Positions 26,982 to 36,315 of a DNA stretch of 64,000 nt are shown here, one piece after another. Location: the NCBI GenBank assembly GCA_965243205.1, contig CBDEUK010000002.1, positions 1,024,001 through 1,088,000 of the forward strand. Direction: 5' to 3'. The stretch is from Gammaproteobacteria bacterium. GTDB taxonomy: Bacteria; Pseudomonadota; Gammaproteobacteria; Eutrophobiales; Eutrophobiaceae. The notes beneath the pieces were generated by a model. That model saw only the letters and a list, made by a program, of their open reading frames with translations, made no database searches and was not told where the DNA came from. Both the position numbers and the translations under genes were made by a program. Numbering within the stretch: position 1 is the stretch's first letter; the number at the start of each line of letters is the position of its first letter.

Positions 26982-27929
26982 TTAAATTGGCATTGCTTCT
27001 TGCGACTGTCGTTTAAGATCAGAAATGTTTACTCCCAACATTTTTTTAAATGTTCGTCTAAATGCAGATTCCGATTTATATCCAAGGCTTTCAACAAAAT
27101 CTAGGTTAACAGCTTCACCGTTTTTAATTCGCATTGCCGCCATATTCATTCTCCATTTAGTGAGATAATTCATCACAGTATCTCCTACCAATTCATTGAA
27201 GCGATTAGAAAACGCCGTTCGAGACATACCTACCTCCCTGCCAAGTGAATCAATCGTCCAAGGCTGTTCTGGTTTTGAATGAATACACAACATTGCCTTA
27301 CCAATCCTTTCATCTTTAAGTGCAGTAATCCATTTACATTGTAAGTCATCAGAATTTTCAACCCAGCTTCGAATAGCCTGTATTAACAATACATCCGCAA
27401 GCCTGGTGATGACAGTTTCACCGCCAATAAAATCACCTGATGCTTCTCTTAAAACTAACCGCACAATTTCGCCCATCATATTGCCAAACATATGCTGCTC
27501 TTGTTTGATATGAATCAGATGTGGCATTTCGTCTAACAACATCTCACCCGCAGGATGGCTGATCCTCACAACACCACAAAGCAAAGTCGTCTTGTCGGGT
27601 TCTTCAGGATTAATATCCAGTGTTTCATAATGATCGCTCACCTGCTTAATCGGTAATGAAAACAGATCGATCGCTTTTGCCTTTTCCGAACCTTTAATAA
27701 CGTGTCCACAAGCTCGGCTGATAAACACCAAATCACCTGCATTTAATTGAATAGAGACATCATTAATTTCCACAACACAGCTACCACTGGTCACGATATG
27801 GAACATACTGGTTCTCTCGAATTCAGGTAACGCCACTCCCCAATCCTCTCCACCAAGCGTAGAGCGACTGTAGTAAATACTGTCCAGTTTTAGGTAATGA
27901 AGAACCTCGTTATAGCTATTCGTACTCAT
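26982..27929 (-). CDS. AraC family regulator (Cupin_6 N-terminus)
   Basis: FHIVTSGSC, WTIDSLGREVGMSRTAF, GYKSESAFRRTFKK. Confidence 0.92.
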   Translation of the reverse strand: MSTNSYNEVLHYLKLDSIYYSRSTLGGEDWGVALPEFERTSMFHIVTSGSCVVEINDVSIQLNAGDLVFISRACGHVIKGSEKAKAIDLFSLPIKQVSDHYETLDINPEEPDKTTLLCGVVRISHPAGEMLLDEMPHLIHIKQEQHMFGNMMGEIVRLVLREASGDFIGGETVITRLADVLLIQAIRSWVENSDDLQCKWITALKDERIGKAMLCIHSKPEQPWTIDSLGREVGMSRTAFSNRFNELVGDTVMNYLTKWRMNMAAMRIKNGEAVNLDFVESLGYKSESAFRRTFKKMLGVNISDLKRQSQEAMPI

Positions 27930-28037
27930 TTTTTTCTATTTTCGTACTATCTGCACTAATAAATGAACCTTAAGGCATTAATAATACAATTATTTTATCT
28001 AATAATAAACACACAAACTAAACACAGGAGAACATTT

Positions 28038-28706
28038 ATGAAAAACTCAAAGAAAATCACCGTCATCGGCGCCACGGGCGGTTCTGGTAAAAAAACCGTA
28101 GAAACCTTATTAGCGCAAGGTCACCAAGTCACGGCTGTATCAAGAAGTGCCTCAAGTGTCTTTACATCCAATGTAAATTCCATCGATGGTTCAGCGTTGG
28201 ACAAAACGGTATTAAGAAAAGCCATTCAAGGACAAGATGCCGTGATCATTACATTGGGTATTAGTGAAAACCCTCTCACGGTACGTTTTCGTGGCGCACA
28301 GAAAACACCACAAAACATCAGAAGCGCTGGCACTCAAGCAGTCATCGAGGTTATGAAAGAAGTCGGTGTTAAACGTTTAATCGTACAAACAACTTACGGC
28401 TCTGGTCCTTCAAAACATAAATTACGTTTCATGGATCGTTTGTTCTTTAACATATTATTAAAACCACAAATCGATGATACTGAACTGCAAGATCAGTACG
28501 TTCGTGAAAGCGGATTGGATTGGACCATTACCCAACCCGTACATCTTTCGGATGAGGACATAGAAGATGAAAAACTATTTTCATCTCTGGTCAATGAAGT
28601 GGCTAACTGGTCAATCACTCGAACAGTTGTAGGGCAGTTTAATGCTGAAGCGACATTCAATCACAACATGATTGGTAAAACCGTCGCTTTATCTTCTGCT
28701 TCTTAA
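28038..28706 (+). CDS. NAD(P)H-binding flavin-reductase-like protein
   Basis: VIGATGGSG, SGLDWTITQP; AGGAG RBS before ATG 28038; divergent from the AraC gene. Confidence 0.88.
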   Translation: MKNSKKITVIGATGGSGKKTVETLLAQGHQVTAVSRSASSVFTSNVNSIDGSALDKTVLRKAIQGQDAVIITLGISENPLTVRFRGAQKTPQNIRSAGTQAVIEVMKEVGVKRLIVQTTYGSGPSKHKLRFMDRLFFNILLKPQIDDTELQDQYVRESGLDWTITQPVHLSDEDIEDEKLFSSLVNEVANWSITRTVVGQFNAEATFNHNMIGKTVALSSAS

Positions 28707-28735
28707 TACTTAAGTAATATGGATATTAAAAACTA

Positions 28736-28765
28736 AAAGAGGATTGTATTCATACAATCCTCTTT
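28736..28765. terminator. Inverted repeat / bidirectional terminator
   Basis: AAAGAGGATTGTAT-TC-ATACAATCCTCTTT between convergent genes. Confidence 0.75.
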
Positions 28766-28788
28766 AAATAAAATGAATCGATACTGAT

Positions 28789-29283
28789 TTAATTTTCTTT
28801 TGAAAAATTTCTTCGTCGTACACGATCAACGCGTCGTAAAATTTTATCGTAATCCGTTAACAGATATTCCTCAACTTCCAACTGTATAGCATCGTCTTCA
28901 CTAAAGACTTGTTTAAATGCTTCAACTCGGCCGTTGCCTTCAAAACTGATATAACGCCCCTCTTCCTCTTTAATCACTTTAATGCCAGAAACCGATGGCA
29001 AGTAATCTAATAAAGATTCTTTATCCAGTTTACCAATCTTGAGTAATTCATCTTTATGTTTCGCCAGAATCTCTGCACGCTCATTGACTTTATCAATCGC
29101 GTTTTCTCTATCGATGCAATGGATTGGAGTAATAGAACTCAGCGGAATATACATCATTTCGGTTTTATCCGTATAACGATGAATATCCGCAATCGCTTTA
29201 ACCAGTAAGGCATCTCGAAAACGCAAATCCTTTAATTCGGATTTCTTATCATCTAGGTAATCAATGAGGTTTTCTTTAGACAT
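28789..29283 (-). CDS. Hypothetical protein, possible ParB/Srx-like fold
   Basis: IPLSSITPIH and YISFEGNGRVEA resemble the ParB-N motifs. Confidence 0.55.
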   Translation of the reverse strand: MSKENLIDYLDDKKSELKDLRFRDALLVKAIADIHRYTDKTEMMYIPLSSITPIHCIDRENAIDKVNERAEILAKHKDELLKIGKLDKESLLDYLPSVSGIKVIKEEEGRYISFEGNGRVEAFKQVFSEDDAIQLEVEEYLLTDYDKILRRVDRVRRRNFSKEN

Positions 29284-29412
29284 ACGCTAATTATAAAACA
29301 GAACTGCCCATATCTGGATATACTAGGACATGTTTTTTTTAATTAAATAATTTTGAACTCTGAATTATATTGACCCATCATATTCAAAACACAGAAATTA
29401 ATAACCTCAGTA

Positions 29413-30249
29413 ATGCGTAGTAAAATCATCATTCCTTTCCTATTTATTCTGATCATCACAGGATGCAGTAAGGCATTTTTTTATAACCGTCTGGATACTT
29501 TGATTCGCTGGTATCTCGATGATTATGTTGAACTGACTGATACTCAACAAATGAGCTTTGACAAGAAATTAGACATGCTACTGAAATGGCATCGAGAAGA
29601 AGAGCTCAAAGTGTATATTGGTTTTCTCGACCAAGTTGAAGAGGATCTCAAGAAAACCATCGATATGACCATTGTGAATAATTGGGAAGATCAAATAATT
29701 CTTGCTTACAAGCGCCTTGAAACCAAAATGCTCCCGTTATTCTATGAAACTGGCGAAGAACTAAATCAACAGCAGATTGATCAATTGATTAAAAATTTAT
29801 GGGAACGTCAAACGGAACTTGAAGAAAAATACTTATCACGCTCTGATGAAGAATACACAGAAATCAGTCATGAGAAGTTAAAAAAGAATTTAAAACGATT
29901 CCTGGGCCCATTGAATAATGAACAAGATGAAATCATAAAAACAACCATGATATCCCCCAAACGTTTCGACAAAGCTTGGCTTGAAGAACGACGGCTCTGG
30001 TATACATCACTACAAGAATTACTCAAACGAGAATCAGACTGGCAACAACAATTCATAAAAGCCTATCAAACAAGAATAAAGACGCGAACTCAAAACTACA
30101 ATGAATCTCTGAATTACAATTTGGAAAAGACTAAGCAGGCAACGGTCAAAGTACTAAATTCAAGAACCGAACAGCAGAACCAATACCTAATACGCGAACT
30201 AAATAATTATAAAGACGAATTCAATTCAATCATTGCAGAGAAAAAATAG
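29413..30249 (+). CDS. DUF6279-like lipoprotein
   Basis: Lipobox ITGC, YNRLDTLIRWYLDDYVEL, WHREEEL. Confidence 0.8.
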   Translation: MRSKIIIPFLFILIITGCSKAFFYNRLDTLIRWYLDDYVELTDTQQMSFDKKLDMLLKWHREEELKVYIGFLDQVEEDLKKTIDMTIVNNWEDQIILAYKRLETKMLPLFYETGEELNQQQIDQLIKNLWERQTELEEKYLSRSDEEYTEISHEKLKKNLKRFLGPLNNEQDEIIKTTMISPKRFDKAWLEERRLWYTSLQELLKRESDWQQQFIKAYQTRIKTRTQNYNESLNYNLEKTKQATVKVLNSRTEQQNQYLIRELNNYKDEFNSIIAEKK

Positions 30250-30303
30250 TGAATCCACTTTGGTATTAAATAATTAAAGGGCTCAGACCCTTTTAATTTC
30301 CCA

Positions 30304-30789
30304 CTATATACTTAGCAAATCATCTCTATTGGAATTTCCACCAAAGGTTAAAACACCACTGGTGTAATCAGTACCAAATGTCGCGGCAAGATTGAACACC
30401 TGCACAACAGCACCTCTAATTTGTTCATCATCCAATTTCGATAAAGGATGAATATAGGCAGAATAAACAATATTTTCACTTACCGCATATCGAGCATCCA
30501 AAGAGGAGTGAAAATTGGATTCCATGATCTTATCAATTTGCTCTTTTGTAATTTTTGAGTATTCAGCAATAGGAGCGATAATTCGCATACGATCATTTTT
30601 TACATCCGAAATAAGATACATAGGCAGGTTTCTAATTTTAAATTGAACCACGCCATTACCACCTTCCGCTTCATCAGCCATCTCTTTTACAATTTGTTCC
30701 ATCGACGCCTGATCCATGACTGAAATTTCCTCAGCATTTCCGTTGATAATAAACACACTTAATAATACTAAAAATACATGCCTTAACAC
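30304..30789 (-). CDS. Exported YbjN/T3SS-chaperone-fold-like protein
   Basis: Signal peptide; DRMRIIAPI, NFHSSLDARYA, TFGTDYTSG. Confidence 0.7.
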   Translation of the reverse strand: MLRHVFLVLLSVFIINGNAEEISVMDQASMEQIVKEMADEAEGGNGVVQFKIRNLPMYLISDVKNDRMRIIAPIAEYSKITKEQIDKIMESNFHSSLDARYAVSENIVYSAYIHPLSKLDDEQIRGAVVQVFNLAATFGTDYTSGVLTFGGNSNRDDLLSI

Positions 30790-30919
30790 TTTACTCTCCT
30801 TTTATCGATTTTGATTCAATACCATATAATTAACTATAACGAGTTAATTATATTAAGAAAGTTATTATAATACTTATAATAATTCTTGCTTTGACGTTAA
30901 ATATGTACTTTCAGTAGGA

Positions 30920-31177
30920 TTATTTCTTATTTAATTCTTCAATGATATCCATCAACTCAAATGCACAAAATTGCATGATGACGTAAGAGGCAGGGGAGTA
31001 TTCAGCGCTTTCCAACTTTTGCGCTAATACAGCCAATCTAGACAACACTGGCTCTACTTTCTTATGACAATATAGCTCTAGAGCATTATCAAACACTCGC
31101 CTAGCAACGTTTTGGCGAGATAGTAGAACAGCCATGTAAATGGCATCGAAGGCTTGTTCCTGTTGTTCTGAATCCAT
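30920..31177 (-). CDS. Hypothetical protein divergent from the XRE regulator
   Basis: ATG at 31177 with AAGGAAAGG RBS, 85 aa. Confidence 0.55.
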   Translation of the reverse strand: MDSEQQEQAFDAIYMAVLLSRQNVARRVFDNALELYCHKKVEPVLSRLAVLAQKLESAEYSPASYVIMQFCAFELMDIIEELNKK

Positions 31178-31217
31178 TCTGCCTTTCCTTACATAAATAT
31201 ATTTGTGAAAACTACAA

Positions 31218-31270
31218 ATAACCCACATATGGGTTAAAGATTGATTTATAACCCATATATGGGTAAAGAT
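31218..31270. promoter_or_regulatory. Tandem palindromic operators
   Basis: ATAACCCACATATGGGTTAAAGAT and ATAACCCATATATGGGTAAAGAT, 30 bp apart; the second overlaps the XRE ATG. Confidence 0.7.
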
Positions 31271-31468
31271 CAATACAATTTCAGAGCAAAACTTGCTAAG
31301 AATTTAAGAGCGATTAGAGGAGATTCTAATCAAAAAGATTTTGCTAAAAAGTTAGGTATTAGCCAATCAACTTTAGCTCGTATTGAAAGTGAACAACAAA
31401 ATGTCAGTATTGATATGCTCGAACTAATCTGTAAAAGATTAAGATGTCAGCTCAGTGAAATTCTATAG
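31259..31468 (+). CDS. XRE-family HTH regulator (C-protein-like)
   Basis: LAKNLRAIRG..NQKDFAKKLGISQSTLARIES..NVSIDMLELI. Confidence 0.88.
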   Translation: MGKDQYNFRAKLAKNLRAIRGDSNQKDFAKKLGISQSTLARIESEQQNVSIDMLELICKRLRCQLSEIL

Positions 31469-31500
31469 TTAATAAAATCATACCTCAGACTTTGCCTCCA

Positions 31501-31941
31501 TTAATCTACTACTGGTAATAATAAGCTATCATCCTCACCCAAAGAAAATGAACAAACCCGACGAGCTATCTCTGCCGCGATGCTTGTAGGAGGAATATTA
31601 AACATTGTAATACCATCGAAATATTTTTTCTCAAGCAGTTGTCCTTCTTTCGAATATATTTCTATATCGATAAGTGCCCATATGAGTTGAACACAATCAA
31701 TTCTAACTGTCATGATTGATGACCAGTGTTCTTGAGTAAAATGTGGATTTATGAATGGATAATTATATTCAGATAAAAACGTTGCCTGTACTAAATTATC
31801 TTTTTTAGAAATGCTAGATATATCTACAAATCTGCTCATTTCTGGCCCATCGTAAGCTAGCAACCATTCTGGACCTCCACAAGAAGAAAGTATAAATATA
31901 GAAAGGTAAAAAATATTTTTCCGAAATTTATAATTTTTCAT
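31501..31941 (-). CDS. Lipoprotein, surface-adhesin-E-like
   Basis: Lipobox LSSC, FVDISSI, IDC, IPPTSI..VC. Confidence 0.6.
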   Translation of the reverse strand: MKNYKFRKNIFYLSIFILSSCGGPEWLLAYDGPEMSRFVDISSISKKDNLVQATFLSEYNYPFINPHFTQEHWSSIMTVRIDCVQLIWALIDIEIYSKEGQLLEKKYFDGITMFNIPPTSIAAEIARRVCSFSLGEDDSLLLPVVD

Positions 31942-31982
31942 ATAAGACTAATTAAATAGATTTAATCTATTGTGATTTTATT

Positions 31983-32513
31983 TTATATCTTATGTTTTCG
32001 AACTTTAGCGGTAGTTTTTTTTAATGATTCAATAAGGGCTAAGACAAAAGACACATCATAGCTAAGAGATTTATGTTCAAAAGAATAACGCCATTCTATG
32101 AATGCATTACTTATTTCATTTAATTTATCAATGAATCCATCGTATTTACTGTAGTCACGATTAAACCTTTTGGTCGAAAATATATTACCTTTTGTATAGA
32201 ATTGATTTAGGCTGATTGAATCATCAGAAAATACTTCTTGTTGGATTTCTTTTGGTAATTTCTCAAAGAGTTCATATATACTGTGTTTGTGTGGAACCTT
32301 TCCATCTAGTTCATAATGAAGAGCTTTAATATAAAGCTCAACTGAAAAAGCCAAGCAAACAACATCAACTCCCATGATAGGTAACACACCAAATGCTTTT
32401 AAATCAGAAGGATATTGTGATAATTTTTTTTCTCTATTAATCAGATCTTCATTACTTTCTTTCAATATTTGAAAAGCATTTAGAAAGTATTCGGCATATG
32501 TTTGTAATAACAT
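31983..32513 (-). CDS. HEPN domain protein
   Basis: AFSVELYIKAL, HSIYELFEKL, FIEWRYSFE. Confidence 0.75.
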   Translation of the reverse strand: MLLQTYAEYFLNAFQILKESNEDLINREKKLSQYPSDLKAFGVLPIMGVDVVCLAFSVELYIKALHYELDGKVPHKHSIYELFEKLPKEIQQEVFSDDSISLNQFYTKGNIFSTKRFNRDYSKYDGFIDKLNEISNAFIEWRYSFEHKSLSYDVSFVLALIESLKKTTAKVRKHKI

Positions 32514-32596
32514 TACTTAATTCTCACTATATATATTAAAGGAACACGAATTTAATTTTTTTATTCTAACCCTCAATTCTTACAACTATAGTTTCA

Positions 32597-34285
32597 TCAA
32601 GCATTTATGATTTTATTAATAATATCTAATATCTTTTTAAAGTTAGTAAATTCAATATTATTTTGATTTTTTCTAATTACTTCATGTGAAAAGATGTGTT
32701 TACCATATTCATTTGTTTCATCAAAAGGGATGTTGTAATTAAAGCTTTTACCTGAAAGCTTTAAATCCATCCATTTTTTATCAAAATACTGCTCTATAAC
32801 AGTATTTTTATTATTTAACTTTGGTATTAAGAAAAAATATAGATTTTCATATACATTTATGAATTCAGAGCCACTAGATGATATTTTATATTTTTTATAT
32901 ATTGTTCTTTCTATATCTCTTCCAGCATCGTCATTATCTGCAATAATAATAACCTTTTTTTTATGAGACATATCTTTAAATTGTCTAATTGCTTTATCAT
33001 ACTGACTAACAAATTTTTTTAAATCTCCTACTCCACCACTCAATTCTAAAATTCTTTTATTAGTATTTGTATAATTAAAAAATACTAATTTATTTTCACC
33101 TTCTATAAGTGAAGGATATAGATTACGTAAAGACTTCAACGCACATTTAATATAAATATTATCAGTTTTTCCTTCACATATTATTATTGGTTTCTCATTT
33201 CTGAAAAAATATTTATAGAATAAAAATTTTTTAAAAACCCTTTCTCTTGAATTAAGAATATATTTGTTTTTTTGTTTATTATTGGAATCCATATCATTAA
33301 TGTAATTAAAGTTATCGGATTGATATATAAAACTTAATCTTCCATGTAATTTTTCAAGAGTTCCTTTTTCATTTTCTTTTTTTACTTTCCCATTATCATC
33401 TAAAGTAAGTTTTGGGTAGAAATATTCCCCAGTCTCGAAGACCGAATGACACATGGCTCTTACATTTTTCCAATACTCTTTAGTAGAATTTATTTTTTTA
33501 TTAACTACCAAGCCTGTCACATCCTGTCTAGACCAATAATATTGCATTCTTGTTTTTAAAGAATTTATTTTGAAATCAGCCTTGTAAATTTCTGATCGAA
33601 GATTTTCTCCTACATCCCATTTATTATTTTCTTTATTTAAAAACGCTATTCCAACAGGGAAACTGTTCTTATTTGTTGAGAAAGTAATATCATCAGCATA
33701 TCGGGAGTATTTACATCTATTATTTTTTGCTAGTTTTGCAAGCCGTATATCTAAAAAGTGGCATATCAAATTTGTAATAACTGGTGAACACGGACTACCC
33801 TGTGGTAGCGAATTATTATGGCATGCTATCTGAGCAATTATTGTTGCTATTTCTGGACATAATTCAAAATTCCTATTCTTTATAAAGTATCCTCTTACTC
33901 TTCCAAAGTGAATAGTTCCAAAAAAATCCTCTAAATCTATATTAAAAACATATCTTTTATTTTTATGAATTTTTGCATTAGTTAATATACTGTGCTTACG
34001 TCTGAAGCCATGTGAAAATGTTTTTTTAATATCTTTGTTTTTATTGATATCAGATATACAGTTGTGTAATAGAGTTGACAACCTTGCCTGTAGTAATTTT
34101 AGTTCTGGTCTAGGTGCACTAATAATTCTTTTACCACCAGTTCTTTTTGGAATCTCAAAATCTGTATATTTAACCTGCTGTTTTATTCCATAGATAATAT
34201 AAGCAAACTTTTTTGGCTCGTATCCAAGTGTAGTAGCTAATGAATGAAGTGAATCGCAAGATTTAAGTAGAATTAGACTGTCCAA
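32597..34285 (-). CDS. Retron reverse transcriptase fused to TOPRIM nuclease (Ec67/Eco2-like)
   Basis: NAKIH, LPQGSPCSP, YADD, region-Y VTG; C-terminal ICEGKTD and DND TOPRIM motifs; TTG start. Confidence 0.95.
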   Translation of the reverse strand: MDSLILLKSCDSLHSLATTLGYEPKKFAYIIYGIKQQVKYTDFEIPKRTGGKRIISAPRPELKLLQARLSTLLHNCISDINKNKDIKKTFSHGFRRKHSILTNAKIHKNKRYVFNIDLEDFFGTIHFGRVRGYFIKNRNFELCPEIATIIAQIACHNNSLPQGSPCSPVITNLICHFLDIRLAKLAKNNRCKYSRYADDITFSTNKNSFPVGIAFLNKENNKWDVGENLRSEIYKADFKINSLKTRMQYYWSRQDVTGLVVNKKINSTKEYWKNVRAMCHSVFETGEYFYPKLTLDDNGKVKKENEKGTLEKLHGRLSFIYQSDNFNYINDMDSNNKQKNKYILNSRERVFKKFLFYKYFFRNEKPIIICEGKTDNIYIKCALKSLRNLYPSLIEGENKLVFFNYTNTNKRILELSGGVGDLKKFVSQYDKAIRQFKDMSHKKKVIIIADNDDAGRDIERTIYKKYKISSSGSEFINVYENLYFFLIPKLNNKNTVIEQYFDKKWMDLKLSGKSFNYNIPFDETNEYGKHIFSHEVIRKNQNNIEFTNFKKILDIINKIINA

Positions 34286-34305
34286 TTTACCTTTCCTTGA
34301 AAAAA

Positions 34306-34434
34306 GGGCTTATAGGTACTCTTATGCACGCTAGGGTCACGAGGATTGCTAGCCAAAGCGCCAGTGGGAGCAATTCCCTCTGACAATGTTTTCACCTATC
34401 ACGAATCATGATAGAAAAATCTACCTATAAGCCC
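34306..34434 (-). ncRNA. Retron msr-msd ncRNA
   Basis: 13-bp terminal inverted repeats GGGCTTATAGGTA (34306-34318 / 34422-34434); candidate branching G at 34421 followed by ATTT; hairpins CTATCA..TGATAG and GAGGGAATTGCT..AGCAATCCTC; directly upstream of the RT. Confidence 0.9.
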
Positions 34435-34565
34435 ATATTGAAATCCTAAATACCTTTTAAAATTGTTTCAATGAATAAAAGAGGTCTGACTCTATTGATT
34501 TTCCATTGGGTACGAAAAAAACTGAGACGCTACAAAACAGCATCGCTTGCAAAAAATCTATATAT

Positions 34566-34601
34566 GGGACAAAATTTGACATATTGTCATAATTTATTCC
34601 C
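34566..34601 (+). promoter_or_regulatory. Palindromic operator for MTase autoregulation
   Basis: TGACA-TAT-TGTCA (34577-34589) inside a GGGA...TCCC inverted repeat, just upstream of an HTH-fused C5 MTase; analogous to the M.SsoII operator. Confidence 0.55.
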
Positions 34602-34616
34602 AAAAAAATTAATAAT

Positions 34617-35870
34617 ATGCTGACTACAGAATTTTCACGGCTTCGTAGCCAAACGGGCCTTTCAATCGACGAGCTTACAGATCCACTCGGTTATTCTGCG
34701 AGAACATTGTATCGGTGGGAAAAAGGCGAAACCAAAGCCCGGGATGCAGCGCTTGAATATTTAAGAAATCTAGCTCATGGTAAATCACTGAAAAGCGCTG
34801 AGCCGAGTTTCACATTCATTGATCTATTTGCAGGTATTGGTGGATTACGCAAAGGATTTGAAACCATTGGTGGTAAGTGCGTATTTACAAGCGAATGGAA
34901 TAAATACTCCCAGCTTACCTATAAGGCAAATTTTAATTGTGATCATGATATTCAAGGCGACATCACACAAATACCTGCGCATGCAATACCTGCACATGAT
35001 CTGCTTCTCGCCGGGTTTCCATGTCAGCCCTTTTCAATCGCAGGTGTCTCCAAAAAGAATTCCCTAAAAAGACCACACGGTTTTCGTTGTGATGCTCAAG
35101 GCACTCTGTTTTTTGATGTTGCAAGAATTATCGAACACCATCGGCCTGAAGCTTTTCTTCTCGAAAATGTTAAAAACCTTGTGAACCATGACAAGGGCAA
35201 TACGTTCAAGGTCATACATCGAACACTCACGGAAGAACTGGGCTACAACATTAGCTACAAAGTTGTAGATGCACAACACTGGGTACCTCAACATCGTGAG
35301 CGTATTTTTATCGTAGGTTTTCGCAATGAAACAGGTTTTTCACTAGATGGTTTGACACTACCAACTAATGATAATAGTCCTGTTCTTTCTTCTATTCTTC
35401 ACCCTCTGGATGGCACTGATGAGTGTGAAGCCAATAACAGGTTTCTCAATCAAAAAAATGCCAAACCCCATGAAAAGTACACACTTTCAGACAAGCTCTG
35501 GGAATATCTTCAGGGCTATGCTGAAAAGCACCGGGCCAAAGGGAATGGTTTTGGTTTTGGTCTGGTTGGTCCCAATGATATCAGCCGTACACTTTCAGCA
35601 AGATACTACAAAGATGGTTCAGAAATTTTAATTAAACAACGTCGGAGAAACCCCAGACGCCTCACCCCAAGAGAGTGTTCGAGATTAATGGGTTTTGATG
35701 CACCGGGAGAAAGTGATTTCATCATTCCTGTATCGGATACACAAAGTTATAAACAGTTTGGTAATGCTGTTGTTGTGCCGGTTGTAACCTCGATTGCTAA
35801 ATTGATGGAACCATGGCTTATTGTCGATGAAGCAAAGCAATCACAAAGGGAACTGTTTGCAGTTGGTTGA
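34617..35870 (+). CDS. dcm: DNA (cytosine-5) methyltransferase, Dcm/M.EcoRII-like, with N-terminal HTH
   Basis: [52 protein letters not shown]; HTH in residues ~5-45. Confidence 0.95.
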   Translation: MLTTEFSRLRSQTGLSIDELTDPLGYSARTLYRWEKGETKARDAALEYLRNLAHGKSLKSAEPSFTFIDLFAGIGGLRKGFETIGGKCVFTSEWNKYSQLTYKANFNCDHDIQGDITQIPAHAIPAHDLLLAGFPCQPFSIAGVSKKNSLKRPHGFRCDAQGTLFFDVARIIEHHRPEAFLLENVKNLVNHDKGNTFKVIHRTLTEELGYNISYKVVDAQHWVPQHRERIFIVGFRNETGFSLDGLTLPTNDNSPVLSSILHPLDGTDECEANNRFLNQKNAKPHEKYTLSDKLWEYLQGYAEKHRAKGNGFGFGLVGPNDISRTLSARYYKDGSEILIKQRRRNPRRLTPRECSRLMGFDAPGESDFIIPVSDTQSYKQFGNAVVVPVVTSIAKLMEPWLIVDEAKQSQRELFAVG

Positions 35871-36315
35871 TGTCGTAAGCCCTGAAAAACGCAGCCAGAT
35901 GATGGCTGGTATTAAGGGAAAAGATACCAAACCGGAAGTTATTATTCGTCGTGCCCTATTTAAACAGGGATTTAGATACAGGATAAATGACAGATCCCTA
36001 CCGGGGAAACCTGATATTGTATTAAAGAAATACAATGCGATTATTCAGGTGAACGGATGTTTCTGGCATGGCCACGACTGCCATCTTTTCAAATGGCCAT
36101 CAACCCGACCTGAATTCTGGAAAGAAAAAATTAGCAGAAACAAAACTAATGATCGGAAAAAACTAGAGAAACTTCGAGAGCTGGGCTGGCGCGCACTGAT
36201 AGTCTGGGAATGTGCCCTTCGAGGCAAGACAAAACTCGAATTTGAAAGCCTGTTGAATGATGTTTCTCTCTGGATAATCTCTGACACCACATTCATGGAA
36301 ATACGGGGAAAATAG
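35863..36315 (+). CDS. vsr: Very-short-patch repair endonuclease
   Basis: [37 protein letters not shown]; likely TTG start overlapping the dcm stop. Confidence 0.95.
   Translation: MVDVVSPEKRSQMMAGIKGKDTKPEVIIRRALFKQGFRYRINDRSLPGKPDIVLKKYNAIIQVNGCFWHGHDCHLFKWPSTRPEFWKEKISRNKTNDRKKLEKLRELGWRALIVWECALRGKTKLEFESLLNDVSLWIISDTTFMEIRGK

Noticed and set aside
17808-30789. Integron cassette array or prophage explanation for the run of small unrelated genes
   Set aside because: Genes lie on both strands; no attC-like repeats, integrase or phage structural genes seen
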